A stretch of DNA of 64,000 nt. Source: Promethearchaeota archaeon. GTDB lineage: Archaea; Asgardarchaeota; Lokiarchaeia; Sigyniarchaeales; SOKP01. This document shows positions 29,692 through 40,630 of the stretch, one piece after another. The notes below the pieces were generated by a model. That model made no database searches, had not been told where the DNA came from, and worked only from the letters and a program-made list of their open reading frames with translations. The stretch spans positions 1 to 64,000 of the forward strand of contig JBHLON010000011.1 in NCBI GenBank assembly GCA_048940445.1. Reading direction: 5' to 3'. Positions within the stretch are counted from its first letter, which is position 1. Every line of letters starts with the position of its first letter. Made by a program: the position numbers and the translations under genes.

Positions 29692-30456
29692 ATGCGGGTA
29701 TTGGATTATAAAGAATTGATTAATACTATTCAAAACTGGATAGAGGATTATATTTTTTCTACTAATGCTGATGGGGTAGTCGTAGGTTTGAGCGGTGGTA
29801 TTGATAGTTCTGTTACTGCTGCTTTATGCGTAAAAGCAATCGGAAGCAAGAATGTTTTAGGATTAGAACTTCCATGTGAATCAATATCTCAAGATATTGA
29901 AGATGGTAAACTAATTGCAAAACATTTAGAAATTAAATCAATATTTATTGATCTAACAAACTCCTTCAAACAATTTATTAACCCCTTTTCATCTTTTATT
30001 GAACCCAATAAAATCTCACAAGCAAATATTAAACCAAGGTTAAGAATGATCTCTTTATATTATGTAGCGCAATCGATAGGCAATTATCTCGTGGCTGGTA
30101 CTGGAAATAGATCTGAAATGGCGATTGGGTATTTTACGAAACATGGTGACGGCGGTGTAGATTTTGAACCATTGGGAAGGCTATATAAATGCGAAGTAAG
30201 AGAAATTGCCAGGACACTTAAGATACCTGATAAAATCATAGAGAAATCTCCTTCAGCAGGATTATGGCCTGATCAAACTGATGAAGGTGAAATCGGAATT
30301 TCTTATGATGAATTAGATGAAATATTATACAGATTAGATTATAATTTAGAAGTTAATGATTTAGACAAGGAAAATGTTAAAAAAGTTAAAATAATGGTGG
30401 CTTCTACAAAGCATAAATTAAGAATGCCCCCCATATGTGAACTCAATAATTTTTAA
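29692..30456 (+). CDS. nadE: NH3-dependent NAD+ synthetase
   Basis: GLSGGIDS, NIKPRLRM, GYFTKHGDG, PSAGLWPDQTDE. Confidence 0.95.
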   Translation: MRVLDYKELINTIQNWIEDYIFSTNADGVVVGLSGGIDSSVTAALCVKAIGSKNVLGLELPCESISQDIEDGKLIAKHLEIKSIFIDLTNSFKQFINPFSSFIEPNKISQANIKPRLRMISLYYVAQSIGNYLVAGTGNRSEMAIGYFTKHGDGGVDFEPLGRLYKCEVREIARTLKIPDKIIEKSPSAGLWPDQTDEGEIGISYDELDEILYRLDYNLEVNDLDKENVKKVKIMVASTKHKLRMPPICELNNF

Positions 30457-30462
30457 ACCAAC

Positions 30463-31803
30463 TTATAAACTAGCAATTATTCTCCTAATTTTATTTATTC
30501 TTGACGTGATTTCATCTAACTTATTCTTAAGAATATCATTTTGAGTTTTGTGGTTAACATCAGATATGGACCCTTTTTGATAATTGATATCTAATTCCTT
30601 GAAGTTTTTTTCTAATGCATATCTTTTTCCTTCTAGGGCAATAAGTTCTTGATAGAGAGCGTCTTTATCTGCTGGTAATTCTTTTTCGGAAATTGGAGTT
30701 AACTCTTGGCTGATAGATTTCTTTGATTGACTAAAATTGACAAAAGATGCAGCGGGAGTGGTTTCTTCAATTTCTTTAACAGGTCTTTTGGGAGCTTTTA
30801 ATTCAACCTTTTTTTCCTTACTTTCTGATGATTTTTCCCCAACTGATGAAAAAACATTAAATAAATCCATTGAACTTGACTTAATAGTACCAGTTTCAAC
30901 TTCCTCAACTTTCATGGACGAAATTTTTGGTTTTTCAACTGCAAAAACTACAGATTGTTCTTCTTGAGGTGTTTTTACTTTAGAGGATTTTTCAGCGGAT
31001 TCTTCTATAACAATTGGGGTAATTTTTCGCTTTTCAGTGATTATTGGAATTTCTTCTAGTTCTCTTATTGTTGGTTCTTCTTCCTCTTTTAAATTTAGAA
31101 TTGGTAATATATTATTAATTTTAGATTCCTCTTCTGAACTTTTTGGAATTGGAGCTAAATCCTTATGATCATTTTTATATTCTATAAATTCCGAGGCATC
31201 TTTTTCATTTTCATCTACTATAGGTTGATTCTTAACTTCTGGTTTGATAATTGGTCTTTTAATAACAGGAATTTTAATTTTAGGAGGAGGTAATTTGGGT
31301 TCCTTCCTAAGAACAAATTTTTGAACTTTTTTCTTTTGAGAGAGAGATTGAAGAGTTTGATCTTTCTTTTCTAGTTCTTTTTTCAATTCTTCAATCTTTC
31401 CTTTTAATCCGTCAATTTCTCCCTTAAATTGCTCAGATACTTTATCTACAATTTGGGTTACATCAATTTCTGTTTTTTCGGAAGTTTGTTCCGATTTTAC
31501 GCCTTCCTTTGGAGTAACTTTTTCATTTTGAGGTATGTTTAATAATTCTCTAATGTCATTAGGAACTGACGTCTCCAAAAACCATAAATCCAGTGTATCC
31601 CACTCTTTTAATTTTTTAAGGATTGTATTAATTAGATCATTATATTCGGGGAAGACCTTTAAATCAGAAAGTTTGCTGAAATGATTAATGAGAAGCTCTC
31701 TAGAGTCTATTTCATCATCTGGAGAGGGCTCTCCTTCTGTCAAAAACTTAAAGATTTCCTTGATCTCCTTTATTTCCGATTTAAATTTTCCTTCCTCAGT
31801 CAT
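30463..31803 (-). CDS. Coiled-coil, Pro/Glu/Lys-rich disordered protein with a C-terminal helical hairpin
   Basis: Heptads, PKLPPPKIKIP segment, long low-complexity linker. Confidence 0.65.
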   Translation of the reverse strand: MTEEGKFKSEIKEIKEIFKFLTEGEPSPDDEIDSRELLINHFSKLSDLKVFPEYNDLINTILKKLKEWDTLDLWFLETSVPNDIRELLNIPQNEKVTPKEGVKSEQTSEKTEIDVTQIVDKVSEQFKGEIDGLKGKIEELKKELEKKDQTLQSLSQKKKVQKFVLRKEPKLPPPKIKIPVIKRPIIKPEVKNQPIVDENEKDASEFIEYKNDHKDLAPIPKSSEEESKINNILPILNLKEEEEPTIRELEEIPIITEKRKITPIVIEESAEKSSKVKTPQEEQSVVFAVEKPKISSMKVEEVETGTIKSSSMDLFNVFSSVGEKSSESKEKKVELKAPKRPVKEIEETTPAASFVNFSQSKKSISQELTPISEKELPADKDALYQELIALEGKRYALEKNFKELDINYQKGSISDVNHKTQNDILKNKLDEITSRINKIRRIIASL

Positions 31804-32014
31804 AAATATTACTAAGTGATTATTTATTTAATATCTAGCTATTACTTTCTCTTTAAATACTAAATAAATTTCCATAAATTTATTTTTTTGTAATATAAAA
31901 GACTATTTAATAAGATTCTTGCGAAGAGTAAATTAATTCTAAAATAAATTTATTAGGTCGAAAGAAAATAAGTTTAACATTCATTTTAAAGAATAAAAAA
32001 GGGAAATCAAGTAA

Positions 32015-32656
32015 TTATGGAATCGCAAAAAACATATAGAAAGAGAAAATCTCCGCAGCCAGCAAAAACGTACTAAAAAGTATAAAAAAGATTCGTTTAA
32101 TTAAAATTGAATAGATAAGAATTATAATTGCTGAGAATAAAAATAAACTTCTAACTATCCACAACATAATTTCTAGTAAAAGATTAAGTGCAGGAAATGA
32201 ATATATTAAAAAAATACTTGAATTGAATATATCCACAGTATTACTTAACATCCAACCCACAAGAGAGATAATACCAGCACTTATTAATATAGAGCCGTAG
32301 AATTCACGATTCTTATATCCAAAAATAATAAATACAATCCAGAGAACTATTGGAAATATACCACCAAATAAAATTATCGATATAAATAAATCGTAAAATG
32401 TTGTAAAAAAAATCTCAAATGGGGTTTGATATGGTGGATATGGTTCAATAGATGGAATAAAGCTTCTGACGATATACCACACTAAAAAAATTATCGCGGT
32501 AATTTTTAATACTTTAATTATCTTAAATTTTCTTTCATCCCTTTTTAAATTGAATGCTTCAATAACAAGAAATACGTAAGTAGAGACTAAAAAAGCATAC
32601 AGTATCCAATCTAATATCGAAGTAGGGAGGTTACTAAATGTAAATATTATTGTCAA
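32015..32656 (-). CDS. Hypothetical multi-pass membrane protein
   Basis: About six hydrophobic segments. Confidence 0.6.
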   Translation of the reverse strand: MTIIFTFSNLPTSILDWILYAFLVSTYVFLVIEAFNLKRDERKFKIIKVLKITAIIFLVWYIVRSFIPSIEPYPPYQTPFEIFFTTFYDLFISIILFGGIFPIVLWIVFIIFGYKNREFYGSILISAGIISLVGWMLSNTVDIFNSSIFLIYSFPALNLLLEIMLWIVRSLFLFSAIIILIYSILIKRIFFILFSTFLLAAEIFSFYMFFAIP

Positions 32657-32817
32657 AGTGAATTAATCACTAATAATCGACTTGATTAAAATTTGTTTTA
32701 ATTAGTGCTGAATTAAGTATTTAAAGCTGGTCGCTAAAAAATGTAAATTGTTTTAATAAAGGTAATATCCTAAAGATTTAATTACAACATTTAGTCAATA
32801 TTTAATATGATCGCATA

Positions 32818-34236
32818 ATGTCACCCGAAACTTTACCCTTAAAATCAAAATTAGCATACGGAGGATTAGGAGCGGGTATAAATTTAACTTCTAACATAGC
32901 ATTCTCAGCAATAACTTTCTTTTATACAATTTTGGGTTTAGCTCCCAAATTGATTGGTATTGGTTGGTTAATTTTTGCATTCTGGAATGCAATTAATGAT
33001 CCTCTTTTTGGGTTCATTGAGGATCACACTAAATCAGAAAAGTATGGGAGGAGAATACCATATATTCGATTTGGTGCTCCAATTTATGCAATTGCGTTTA
33101 TTTTATGTTGGACTCCGTTTGCAGATCAGAATGATCAAACAGCTCTCTTTATTAACTTTATTATCATTTTATTTGTTTTTGATACGATATTTACGATATT
33201 AGGACTAATTAATTTTACTCTGCCTGCTGAAATGGTTATTACTGCCAAAGAAAGGGCTAATTTATTAGTATACAGTAATGTGATTACCTCTTTTTCAATT
33301 TTAGTATCTTTTATTTTACCCCTTTTATTATTAACTGGAAAAAAATCACTTGATTCACCATCAGTATTTTTCATAGTTATGATAGTTCTTGCGATTTTAT
33401 CTGCAATAATATTATTCATAAGTAGCTTTTACTTAAAAGAAAATAAATATACACAAATGGAAGATACTTTGCCAGTCATCAAGGGAATAAAAGAAACATT
33501 CAAAAACGAACCGTTCCTTATTTTTGAAATATCAAACTTCTCTTTTACAATAGCCCAAACTATTCTTACAACAGCTGTCTATTTTTATGTTAACTCTATA
33601 TTAATGCTACCTGAGGTTTTAAAGGCAGTTCCATTAGTAATAGTATTTATTATGATTTTTGTATTTTTAATAGTATTTAGTAAATTAGTCGCTAAATATG
33701 GTGTAAAGAAAACTTTCATTTTTGCAATGTTATGGTCGGGCTTGAGCTTCTTTTTAACCTTTTTCATCGGATGGACATTAATTTTTGCTATAATAGGATT
33801 CATCCTAATAGGTATTGGAATTTCGGGGTATATGCTCTCAAATCAAACTGTCATAGCAGATATCGTTGATTATGATGAAATTAGAACTGGAAAACGCAGA
33901 GAAACAACTTATTCTGGGATTAATGCATTACTTACCAAACCAGCAATCTCAATAGCAAATTGGTTGTTTCTCTTAACGATAGATGTCGCGGGATATAAAC
34001 CAGAACAACAGGTACAAGACTTTAGAGCTCAATTGGGGATCATGGCAGGGTTCTATCTCATCCCTGCGATTTTTTTGACTTTAGGGGCTCTTTTAATGTT
34101 TTTTTACTCGTTAGATGGGCCTGAATGGCTCTCTAAAAAAAGTGAAATTATTAGAATTCACCAGCAGAAGGAAATTCGGTATATGAAGTATTTAGAAGAA
34201 AAAGAAAAAAATTCAAATAAAACCCAGAAATCGTAA
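32818..34236 (+). CDS. GPH-family MFS sugar transporter
   Basis: NAINDPLFG..D.T....GRR.PY and ADIVDYDE..TG.RRE motifs. Confidence 0.9.
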   Translation: MSPETLPLKSKLAYGGLGAGINLTSNIAFSAITFFYTILGLAPKLIGIGWLIFAFWNAINDPLFGFIEDHTKSEKYGRRIPYIRFGAPIYAIAFILCWTPFADQNDQTALFINFIIILFVFDTIFTILGLINFTLPAEMVITAKERANLLVYSNVITSFSILVSFILPLLLLTGKKSLDSPSVFFIVMIVLAILSAIILFISSFYLKENKYTQMEDTLPVIKGIKETFKNEPFLIFEISNFSFTIAQTILTTAVYFYVNSILMLPEVLKAVPLVIVFIMIFVFLIVFSKLVAKYGVKKTFIFAMLWSGLSFFLTFFIGWTLIFAIIGFILIGIGISGYMLSNQTVIADIVDYDEIRTGKRRETTYSGINALLTKPAISIANWLFLLTIDVAGYKPEQQVQDFRAQLGIMAGFYLIPAIFLTLGALLMFFYSLDGPEWLSKKSEIIRIHQQKEIRYMKYLEEKEKNSNKTQKS

Positions 34237-34461
34237 ATGATTTTTCAGAATTGTGATCTAACAACTATTATTTTAACAAAATTTGGAAGTAAGAACGTTG
34301 AAAATTTTATGTTACATTATATAAGAAATTAATTTCATTTATTTAAGTTCTGTAAGAAGATCCTATGATCCTCTAAATATTTATTAAAATTAAATTAATA
34401 TTATGATTTTATTTTCTACTAAATATAGAGTACCTAAACGAAAAGTTGAGGTGAATTTGTA

Positions 34462-35121
34462 TTGATAACAATTAAAAAGGAAGAAGTTATTAAAGAAAAA
34501 GATAAAAAGGAAAAATGGACGCATTTACCATCGAGTCTTGAATTACTACAAACTATCGAAAATATTGAATATCGCAATATTGATGTTCTTTTAGTTAATA
34601 ATAGAGAGGAAGCACTTGAAAAAATCAAACAGAAGATACCTGAAGGAGTAAAGGTTATGACTGGATCTTCAACAACCTTATATGAAATTGGATTTATGGA
34701 TTATTATTTATCAGGTAAAACTCCTTGGACTTGCTTAGGTCCAATGGTTTACCAAGAAACGAATCCAGAAAAACAAAGAGAATTAAGAAGAGTTTCTGAA
34801 ACTGCAGATTACTTTATTGCTAGTGTAAATGCTATCGCAAAAACAGGAGAATTAGTTGCTGCTGATGCTTCTGGATCAAGAGTTTCAGCTTATCCTTATG
34901 CTGCTGAACATGTAATCTTAGTCGCTGGTATTCAAAAAATTACTCCTAATTTAGAGAAATCATTAGAGAGAATAAGAGAGTATGTATATCCTTTAGAAAA
35001 TGAACGAGCCTTAAAAGCATATGGAATTCCATCAAGTATTGGCAAATGGGTTATAATTGAACGCGAAAAAATAGATCACAGAATAACATTGATTTTAGTT
35101 AAAGAAGAGCTTGGTTATTAA
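34462..35121 (+). CDS. LUD (LutC/YkgG) domain protein
   Basis: GSSTTL.EIG, SVNAI..TGELV..D.SGSRV, VAG.QKI and C-terminal EELGY. Confidence 0.85.
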   Translation: MITIKKEEVIKEKDKKEKWTHLPSSLELLQTIENIEYRNIDVLLVNNREEALEKIKQKIPEGVKVMTGSSTTLYEIGFMDYYLSGKTPWTCLGPMVYQETNPEKQRELRRVSETADYFIASVNAIAKTGELVAADASGSRVSAYPYAAEHVILVAGIQKITPNLEKSLERIREYVYPLENERALKAYGIPSSIGKWVIIEREKIDHRITLILVKEELGY

Positions 35122-35357
35122 ATCATTTTTATGCTTATTCATTAATTATTTTCTTTAGAATTACTTATTCTGAATATAACTTTATATCATGAATATTACT
35201 TTATTTACTTGAATACATTAATATTCAATTCGATTTAACTAAAAATTGCTCCTAGGTTATTTAAAGGCATATGTTTTCAATCTTAATGGGCAGAATTAAA
35301 TAAGACAAAGTATAACTATCTTAAAATATTTCTTTTAAAACTTTCTATTCCAGGACA

Positions 35358-36356
35358 ATGAGAAGGAAAAGATTAATTACTCTTGGAGCTGTAATAACGT
35401 TCTTAGTAATTGGTTCAATCATTGGGTTAAACATTTTCCTAAGTACGAATAATACTTCTAAAACAAATCTTACTGATTTCCCTGATTTTTATACTAAAAC
35501 TGAGGATTATTATATTACTCGAATCAATGACATCCCCATAATTGATGAGCAAAATTATAAATTAGAGATAACTGGTTGTATAGAAAATCCTACAAACTAC
35601 AGTCTTTCTGAATTACGAGCTCTACCCTTAATTCAATTTCCGTTAACGATAGAATGTATTGGAAATCCTACTTTGGGCTCATTAATTTCCACAGCCAATT
35701 GGACTGGATTTAGCATTTATAATTTATTGAACTCGCTTGGGATAATGAGTAATGCAACTGGAGTTAAATATTATGCTGCAGATGGGTATTATGCTACACA
35801 TACAATGCAACAATTAATGAATAATTCAGTTATAGGTGCACTTTATATGAACAATCAAATTTTACCAAGAGTTCAAGGATTTCCTTTAAGAATTATAAAT
35901 CCTGGTTATTATGGAGCAAAACAACCTGCTTGGGTAATTGGAATTGAAGTAATTGATATGCCATTAAGCGATTATTGGGATGATCGTGGATGGGATACAT
36001 CACCTCCTATGGCTGTAGATTCAAAAATCTTTTTCCCAGAAAGTTATACTTCAATAAAAAAGGGAAATTCATTTTTAATCGGGGGAGCTGCGTATGGAGG
36101 AACTAGAGTCTCAAAAGTAGAATATACACTTAACGATGAGCTTGATTGGCATCAAGCAAACATAGTTAAAAGTGTGGATTTTGACAATGTTTGGGTTTTT
36201 TGGCAAATAGAACTTACCACTTCTAAAATGTCAACAGGACTCAACACTTTATATGTGAGAGCAACAGATATTTATAATGGAACGCAACCTAAAACTGACA
36301 TGATTAAGACAGACGGAGATAATAGTTGGCCTTATTTAGTTTTTATCCTGACTTGA
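35358..36356 (+). CDS. Membrane-anchored sulfite oxidase-family molybdopterin oxidoreductase
   Basis: IECIGN, A.WTG, GFPLRII.PGYYG.K..W motifs and C-terminal Ig-like dimerisation domain. Confidence 0.85.
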   Translation: MRRKRLITLGAVITFLVIGSIIGLNIFLSTNNTSKTNLTDFPDFYTKTEDYYITRINDIPIIDEQNYKLEITGCIENPTNYSLSELRALPLIQFPLTIECIGNPTLGSLISTANWTGFSIYNLLNSLGIMSNATGVKYYAADGYYATHTMQQLMNNSVIGALYMNNQILPRVQGFPLRIINPGYYGAKQPAWVIGIEVIDMPLSDYWDDRGWDTSPPMAVDSKIFFPESYTSIKKGNSFLIGGAAYGGTRVSKVEYTLNDELDWHQANIVKSVDFDNVWVFWQIELTTSKMSTGLNTLYVRATDIYNGTQPKTDMIKTDGDNSWPYLVFILT

Positions 36357-36582
36357 AATTTCGACATAGATATCCCTTGTTATTAACTCCGATGATATAT
36401 AACAAAATTCAGGTGAATTAATCCCAAGCATTAATAAAAAGCTTATATAATGTTTAATAAAGAATTATTAGTAAAATTATCCAATAATCAATTTTTTGAG
36501 TAATAAAATTCTTATGAAAATATTAAAAAACGAATAATAAATTACTAATCTTAGACTAATTTGAATAAATAGATGGTTCTTA

Positions 36583-36798
36583 ATGAGTGAAATAGAAAAA
36601 AAAGAATGTCAAAACTGTAAAATGTTAACTGATGAATATTTTACGATATATGGAGAATCAAAAGGTGAAGGTTGGGCAGAAATTCGATGTAAAGATTGTT
36701 TAATAGATTTTCTTCATGAAAATGATGGTATTTACTTAGATTCACTTTACTCTATATCATATTCAAAAGACATTTTTAAAGGTAAGCATAGGAAGTAG
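36583..36798 (+). CDS. Small CxxC...CxxC zinc-finger protein
   Basis: CQNC and CKDC. Confidence 0.55.
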   Translation: MSEIEKKECQNCKMLTDEYFTIYGESKGEGWAEIRCKDCLIDFLHENDGIYLDSLYSISYSKDIFKGKHRK

Positions 36799-36847
36799 AT
36801 TTATCATTCCTATGTTGTCAGATATATTTAACTCCTCAATCACATTC

Positions 36848-39553
36848 TTATTTTATTGGTAAAAATACTTGATTTTTATAGGCTTCATATATCATGAAAT
36901 TAGCTTCTTGATCAGAAATATTCAGTTCTCGTATGAGGGTAAGCGCAATTTCTGCAGGATAAAATCCCTCAGATCTTGATTTAAGATCATTTAATATAGT
37001 TATAAATGATTCAGGACCATCAAAGTTATTTAATTGTTTTACATTAATGATACATTTTTTATTTAAGTTAATGTCAAGTCCTTTTTCAATAGTCTCCTCA
37101 AAATCATTGAAAATTTGGAGATCACCATCAAAGTTTTTTAAGTCATTGACATGCTTAATTTCATAAGCTCTTAAAATCTGCTCACATTGTGCTTTTATTA
37201 AATCTCCAAGACTTTGATAAGAGACTAACCCCAATCTAAGGAATTCACCATCCATAAGTGTAATTGTAAATTCATTATACGCAATCGTATTGTCTCCACC
37301 TTCACCTCGAACTTGTAAACCCATTTGCTTAGCTAATTCATTTTTAAAACTTCCAATAGCAGATATAAAGCCTGTAAATAAGTTTTCATCTAATCCAATA
37401 CCACCATGAAGAGCAATTTTAGATAAACATAAACCAGATTCTTCATGTATAGCTAAGATTGTAAGGATGCTTGTTATATCTTTAAAGTATTGTGCTTTTG
37501 ATAGCTGATCTTCACTGAATTCTCTTGATTTTGTTAATTTTCCCTTAATCGATAACTTTCTCATTACAATTCCAGCGGTTACAATTACCAATATTACAAT
37601 TAGACTAACAATGATGATAATGGTAATTAAGTCGAGGGAAGGAGGTCCGTAACCAGGGATCTGGGATGTATCTTTAATTAAATTTATGGTAATTGACCCA
37701 TTATTCCATGCAATATCTCGAGCATAAAAGGTAATAATTACATTACCGTCATTTAATGCATCCCATGCATCTTGGTCGATTGTACCGTTTTTTGTAATAT
37801 AATATTTTACACCACTATTATTTATTGTATACCAAATTTGTTCAAGGTTCAGATCTGAGACAGTTAGATTAAATACAGGTGCTTCTTTGCCAAATTCTGT
37901 TCCACTCCCAGGAGAATTAACTATTATAACTGGGAGAGTGGTATCTTTATTGATCACTATAATTTCGGAATTTAAGTTTCCACTAGAATCATTCGCAAAA
38001 AAGATTATAGTGACCAATCCATCACTTTGGGCAAACCATTTGGCCACATCAATTTCTACTGAAGCACCAGTAAACGTCTCATTATCGCTGCTTCCAACAA
38101 CCCAATACCACGTTTTATTAATTCCATTGAGATCGTAAAAAACAGCTTGTACAGTGGGAGGGTTACTATAACAAGAGTAATTACTGGGGCTTATTATAGT
38201 TATTATTGGGGGAATACTATCTCCATCATCCCAAATTGGGTAGTAATCCATACTGGCAGCTGATCCCGTGATGTTATAGTGTATATCTCCAATTCCATCA
38301 TCATCTAAATCTTTTCCTTGATAATCATCCCAATAATTCCCAATCTTGGAATTATTCCAGGAAGTTGCGGTCCCATTATCATAAGCATGAATCCCATTTG
38401 AGATGAAGGAATTTTTATAAAATTTATTATTGATATCCGAAGGATCATCAAGTTGTATACCAATATTAGTGTTATCTTTAATAGTATTATCATGAATTTC
38501 ATTATTATCAGAATTGATAAATATTCTTATCGCATAATTTACTGTTTCATTTATAGAATTATAGGCAATTTCGCTTCCATCGCAAGCGCTCATAATAATT
38601 CCGTAGGAACCCCTTGAAATGTTATTACCAGTTATTATACTTTGAAGATCTATTAACATATACATTCCGTAACTGCAATCTATTATTTGATTATCTGTTA
38701 TTGAATTTTGATCAGAAGTAACTATGTATATTCCATAAAGGTTAATATTTTCAATAATATTCAACGAGATGGTGCTTTGATGACAGTCATTATGGAGTCT
38801 TATACCATAATCTTGTTGACTTGTGGCAATATTTTTGATAATATTATTATATATCAAGGTTCCTTCGCAATAATTTTCAATATTAATTCCATACACGCTA
38901 TTATCATATATCCAATTTCCCATAATATCATTGTCATCACAATAACTTCCAAGATATATTCCAGTATCTTGTAAATTCGTGCCATCATTTTTTATTGTAT
39001 TTTCCAAAATTTTATTGTTATTACATTTTGACGTTAAATTAATTCCATACACACCATTATTTATCAATTTATTCCTCAAAATTGTATTATTTACACAATT
39101 TTTCATACTAATTCCTGAACCTATATTATCTGAAAGAATACTATTAATTATAGTTCCATTATTCGTATTTTCTAACTTAATTCCATAAGTACTTCCAAAT
39201 ATCGTGACATTTATAATTTCAAAATGTATATTTTTGGAATTTTCAATAAAAATGCCAGAACCTATTGGAGAGTTAGTTGCATTAATTATCATATTTTCAA
39301 TCAAAAAGGGGTCACTCCAAGTACCTGAACCAGAACACCAATCAGATTGATTAGCGATTGTCCAATTTATATTAGTAATATGGATAAACGTAAAGTTGTT
39401 CCAATACCCTGCTGATTTCAAATTAAATACTCTACTTTTTAAATCTTTTTGACCAGTTTCACCACAATTTTTTATATTATTTTGAATAGAAATTGAAAAC
39501 ATTATCACAAATAGCATTAAAATAGTTAAAACGCTTTTCTTTCTTGTTTCCAT
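36848..39553 (-). CDS. Cell-surface NosD/parallel beta-helix + Ig-like protein with one TM and a cytoplasmic longin/roadblock-like domain
   Basis: Asn-rich GI.L...NN.I repeats, GNYWDDY.G.D.DDDGIGD, D.IPP.I.I.SP Ig repeats, TM, then ILAIHEESGLCL...LFTGFISAIGSF. Confidence 0.75.
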   Translation of the reverse strand: METRKKSVLTILMLFVIMFSISIQNNIKNCGETGQKDLKSRVFNLKSAGYWNNFTFIHITNINWTIANQSDWCSGSGTWSDPFLIENMIINATNSPIGSGIFIENSKNIHFEIINVTIFGSTYGIKLENTNNGTIINSILSDNIGSGISMKNCVNNTILRNKLINNGVYGINLTSKCNNNKILENTIKNDGTNLQDTGIYLGSYCDDNDIMGNWIYDNSVYGINIENYCEGTLIYNNIIKNIATSQQDYGIRLHNDCHQSTISLNIIENINLYGIYIVTSDQNSITDNQIIDCSYGMYMLIDLQSIITGNNISRGSYGIIMSACDGSEIAYNSINETVNYAIRIFINSDNNEIHDNTIKDNTNIGIQLDDPSDINNKFYKNSFISNGIHAYDNGTATSWNNSKIGNYWDDYQGKDLDDDGIGDIHYNITGSAASMDYYPIWDDGDSIPPIITIISPSNYSCYSNPPTVQAVFYDLNGINKTWYWVVGSSDNETFTGASVEIDVAKWFAQSDGLVTIIFFANDSSGNLNSEIIVINKDTTLPVIIVNSPGSGTEFGKEAPVFNLTVSDLNLEQIWYTINNSGVKYYITKNGTIDQDAWDALNDGNVIITFYARDIAWNNGSITINLIKDTSQIPGYGPPSLDLITIIIIVSLIVILVIVTAGIVMRKLSIKGKLTKSREFSEDQLSKAQYFKDITSILTILAIHEESGLCLSKIALHGGIGLDENLFTGFISAIGSFKNELAKQMGLQVRGEGGDNTIAYNEFTITLMDGEFLRLGLVSYQSLGDLIKAQCEQILRAYEIKHVNDLKNFDGDLQIFNDFEETIEKGLDINLNKKCIINVKQLNNFDGPESFITILNDLKSRSEGFYPAEIALTLIRELNISDQEANFMIYEAYKNQVFLPIK

Positions 39554-39711
39554 TAAAAATACCCCTTTTTCCCTTTTATAGAAATTATTCTAAAAAAAAT
39601 ATAAACTACATAAATATAGATTTTTGTCTTTTTCAAGAAAAAATGACAATGAGTGTATATCGAGATCTCGGGACAATAAATTAATTTTCTCAAAATGAAT
39701 TTGAACTTAGA

Positions 39712-39756
39712 GGTAAATTCAGAGTGTGATTTTCTTGAAAAATCATTTGAAAAAAC
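39712..39756. repeat. Dispersed intergenic repeat, copy A
   Basis: GGTAAATTCAGAGTGTGATTTTCTTGAAAAATCATTTGAAAAAAC aligns with copies B and C. Confidence 0.65.
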
Positions 39757-39795
39757 GCATCAAATAGTTATTTTTAAATTGTCTCTATTTTTTTT

Positions 39796-40455
39796 TTAAT
39801 ATCTTTTTCTTATAGGCATTTTCTTGAATAAAAATCTCATACAATGTTCGATTCCGAATTCTTTACTATTTATAACTTCGCGATGAATTTTTAGTAGGGT
39901 TAAACCTAAGGGTATAAAAGTGTCAAGGACCTCTTTTTCAGTATAAGCCCTTGAATACATTTGGTGTCCCATAATTTCAACAAAAACATGCTCATCGAGA
40001 TTCAACCCAGCTTTCCTTGGTTCATTTAAAGCAATATATAATAAGCCTTTACTTTTCAATGCTTTTTCCAATCTATTTGCCACATCTTTGAATAATGGTG
40101 GACTAAGGCAAAGCATTGAATAATTTGAAAATATACCATCAAATTTGTCAATATAATCTAGATCTGTCATAGATAGTTCTCTGAAATCTGCTTTAGGGAC
40201 ATTTTCTTGAGAGAGTTTAACCATCTTTGCTGAAATATCAATTCCTAAGACTTTTAATCCCTTATCTACGAAATATTTGGCAAATGGTAATCCTGTGCCT
40301 GAGCCTAAATCTAAAATTAATGCTTTTTCAGGGAGTTTTTCACAAAATAATTCTGCTAATATATTTAATTTTCCATATTTCGACTGTTCATATATTTTTG
40401 CTACATTATTCCATGCTTTCTTGTTCAGAGAGATTAAATCTAATTTTTCTTTCAT
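39796..40455 (-). CDS. Class I SAM-dependent methyltransferase
   Basis: LDLGSGTG and GIDIS motifs. Confidence 0.88.
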   Translation of the reverse strand: MKEKLDLISLNKKAWNNVAKIYEQSKYGKLNILAELFCEKLPEKALILDLGSGTGLPFAKYFVDKGLKVLGIDISAKMVKLSQENVPKADFRELSMTDLDYIDKFDGIFSNYSMLCLSPPLFKDVANRLEKALKSKGLLYIALNEPRKAGLNLDEHVFVEIMGHQMYSRAYTEKEVLDTFIPLGLTLLKIHREVINSKEFGIEHCMRFLFKKMPIRKRY

Positions 40456-40537
40456 TGGTAAATTATTAAAAAAGGTATCTTAAAAGATTTACTCCTATTC
40501 TCCATCTTTTTCACCATTTTAAGAAGTCCTGAGTTCA

Positions 40538-40627
40538 AGGCTTTTAAAAAATTGTCATAATTTAGGAAAAAAATTGGAATAGAAAGGTAAATCCAGAATC
40601 TGATTTCCATGAAAATATCTTTGAAAA
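40538..40627. repeat. Dispersed intergenic repeat, copy B
   Basis: AGGCTTTT...TTGTCATAATTT...GGTAAATCCAGAATCTGATTTCCATGAAAATATCTTTGAAAA. Confidence 0.65.
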
Positions 40628-40630
40628 TTA

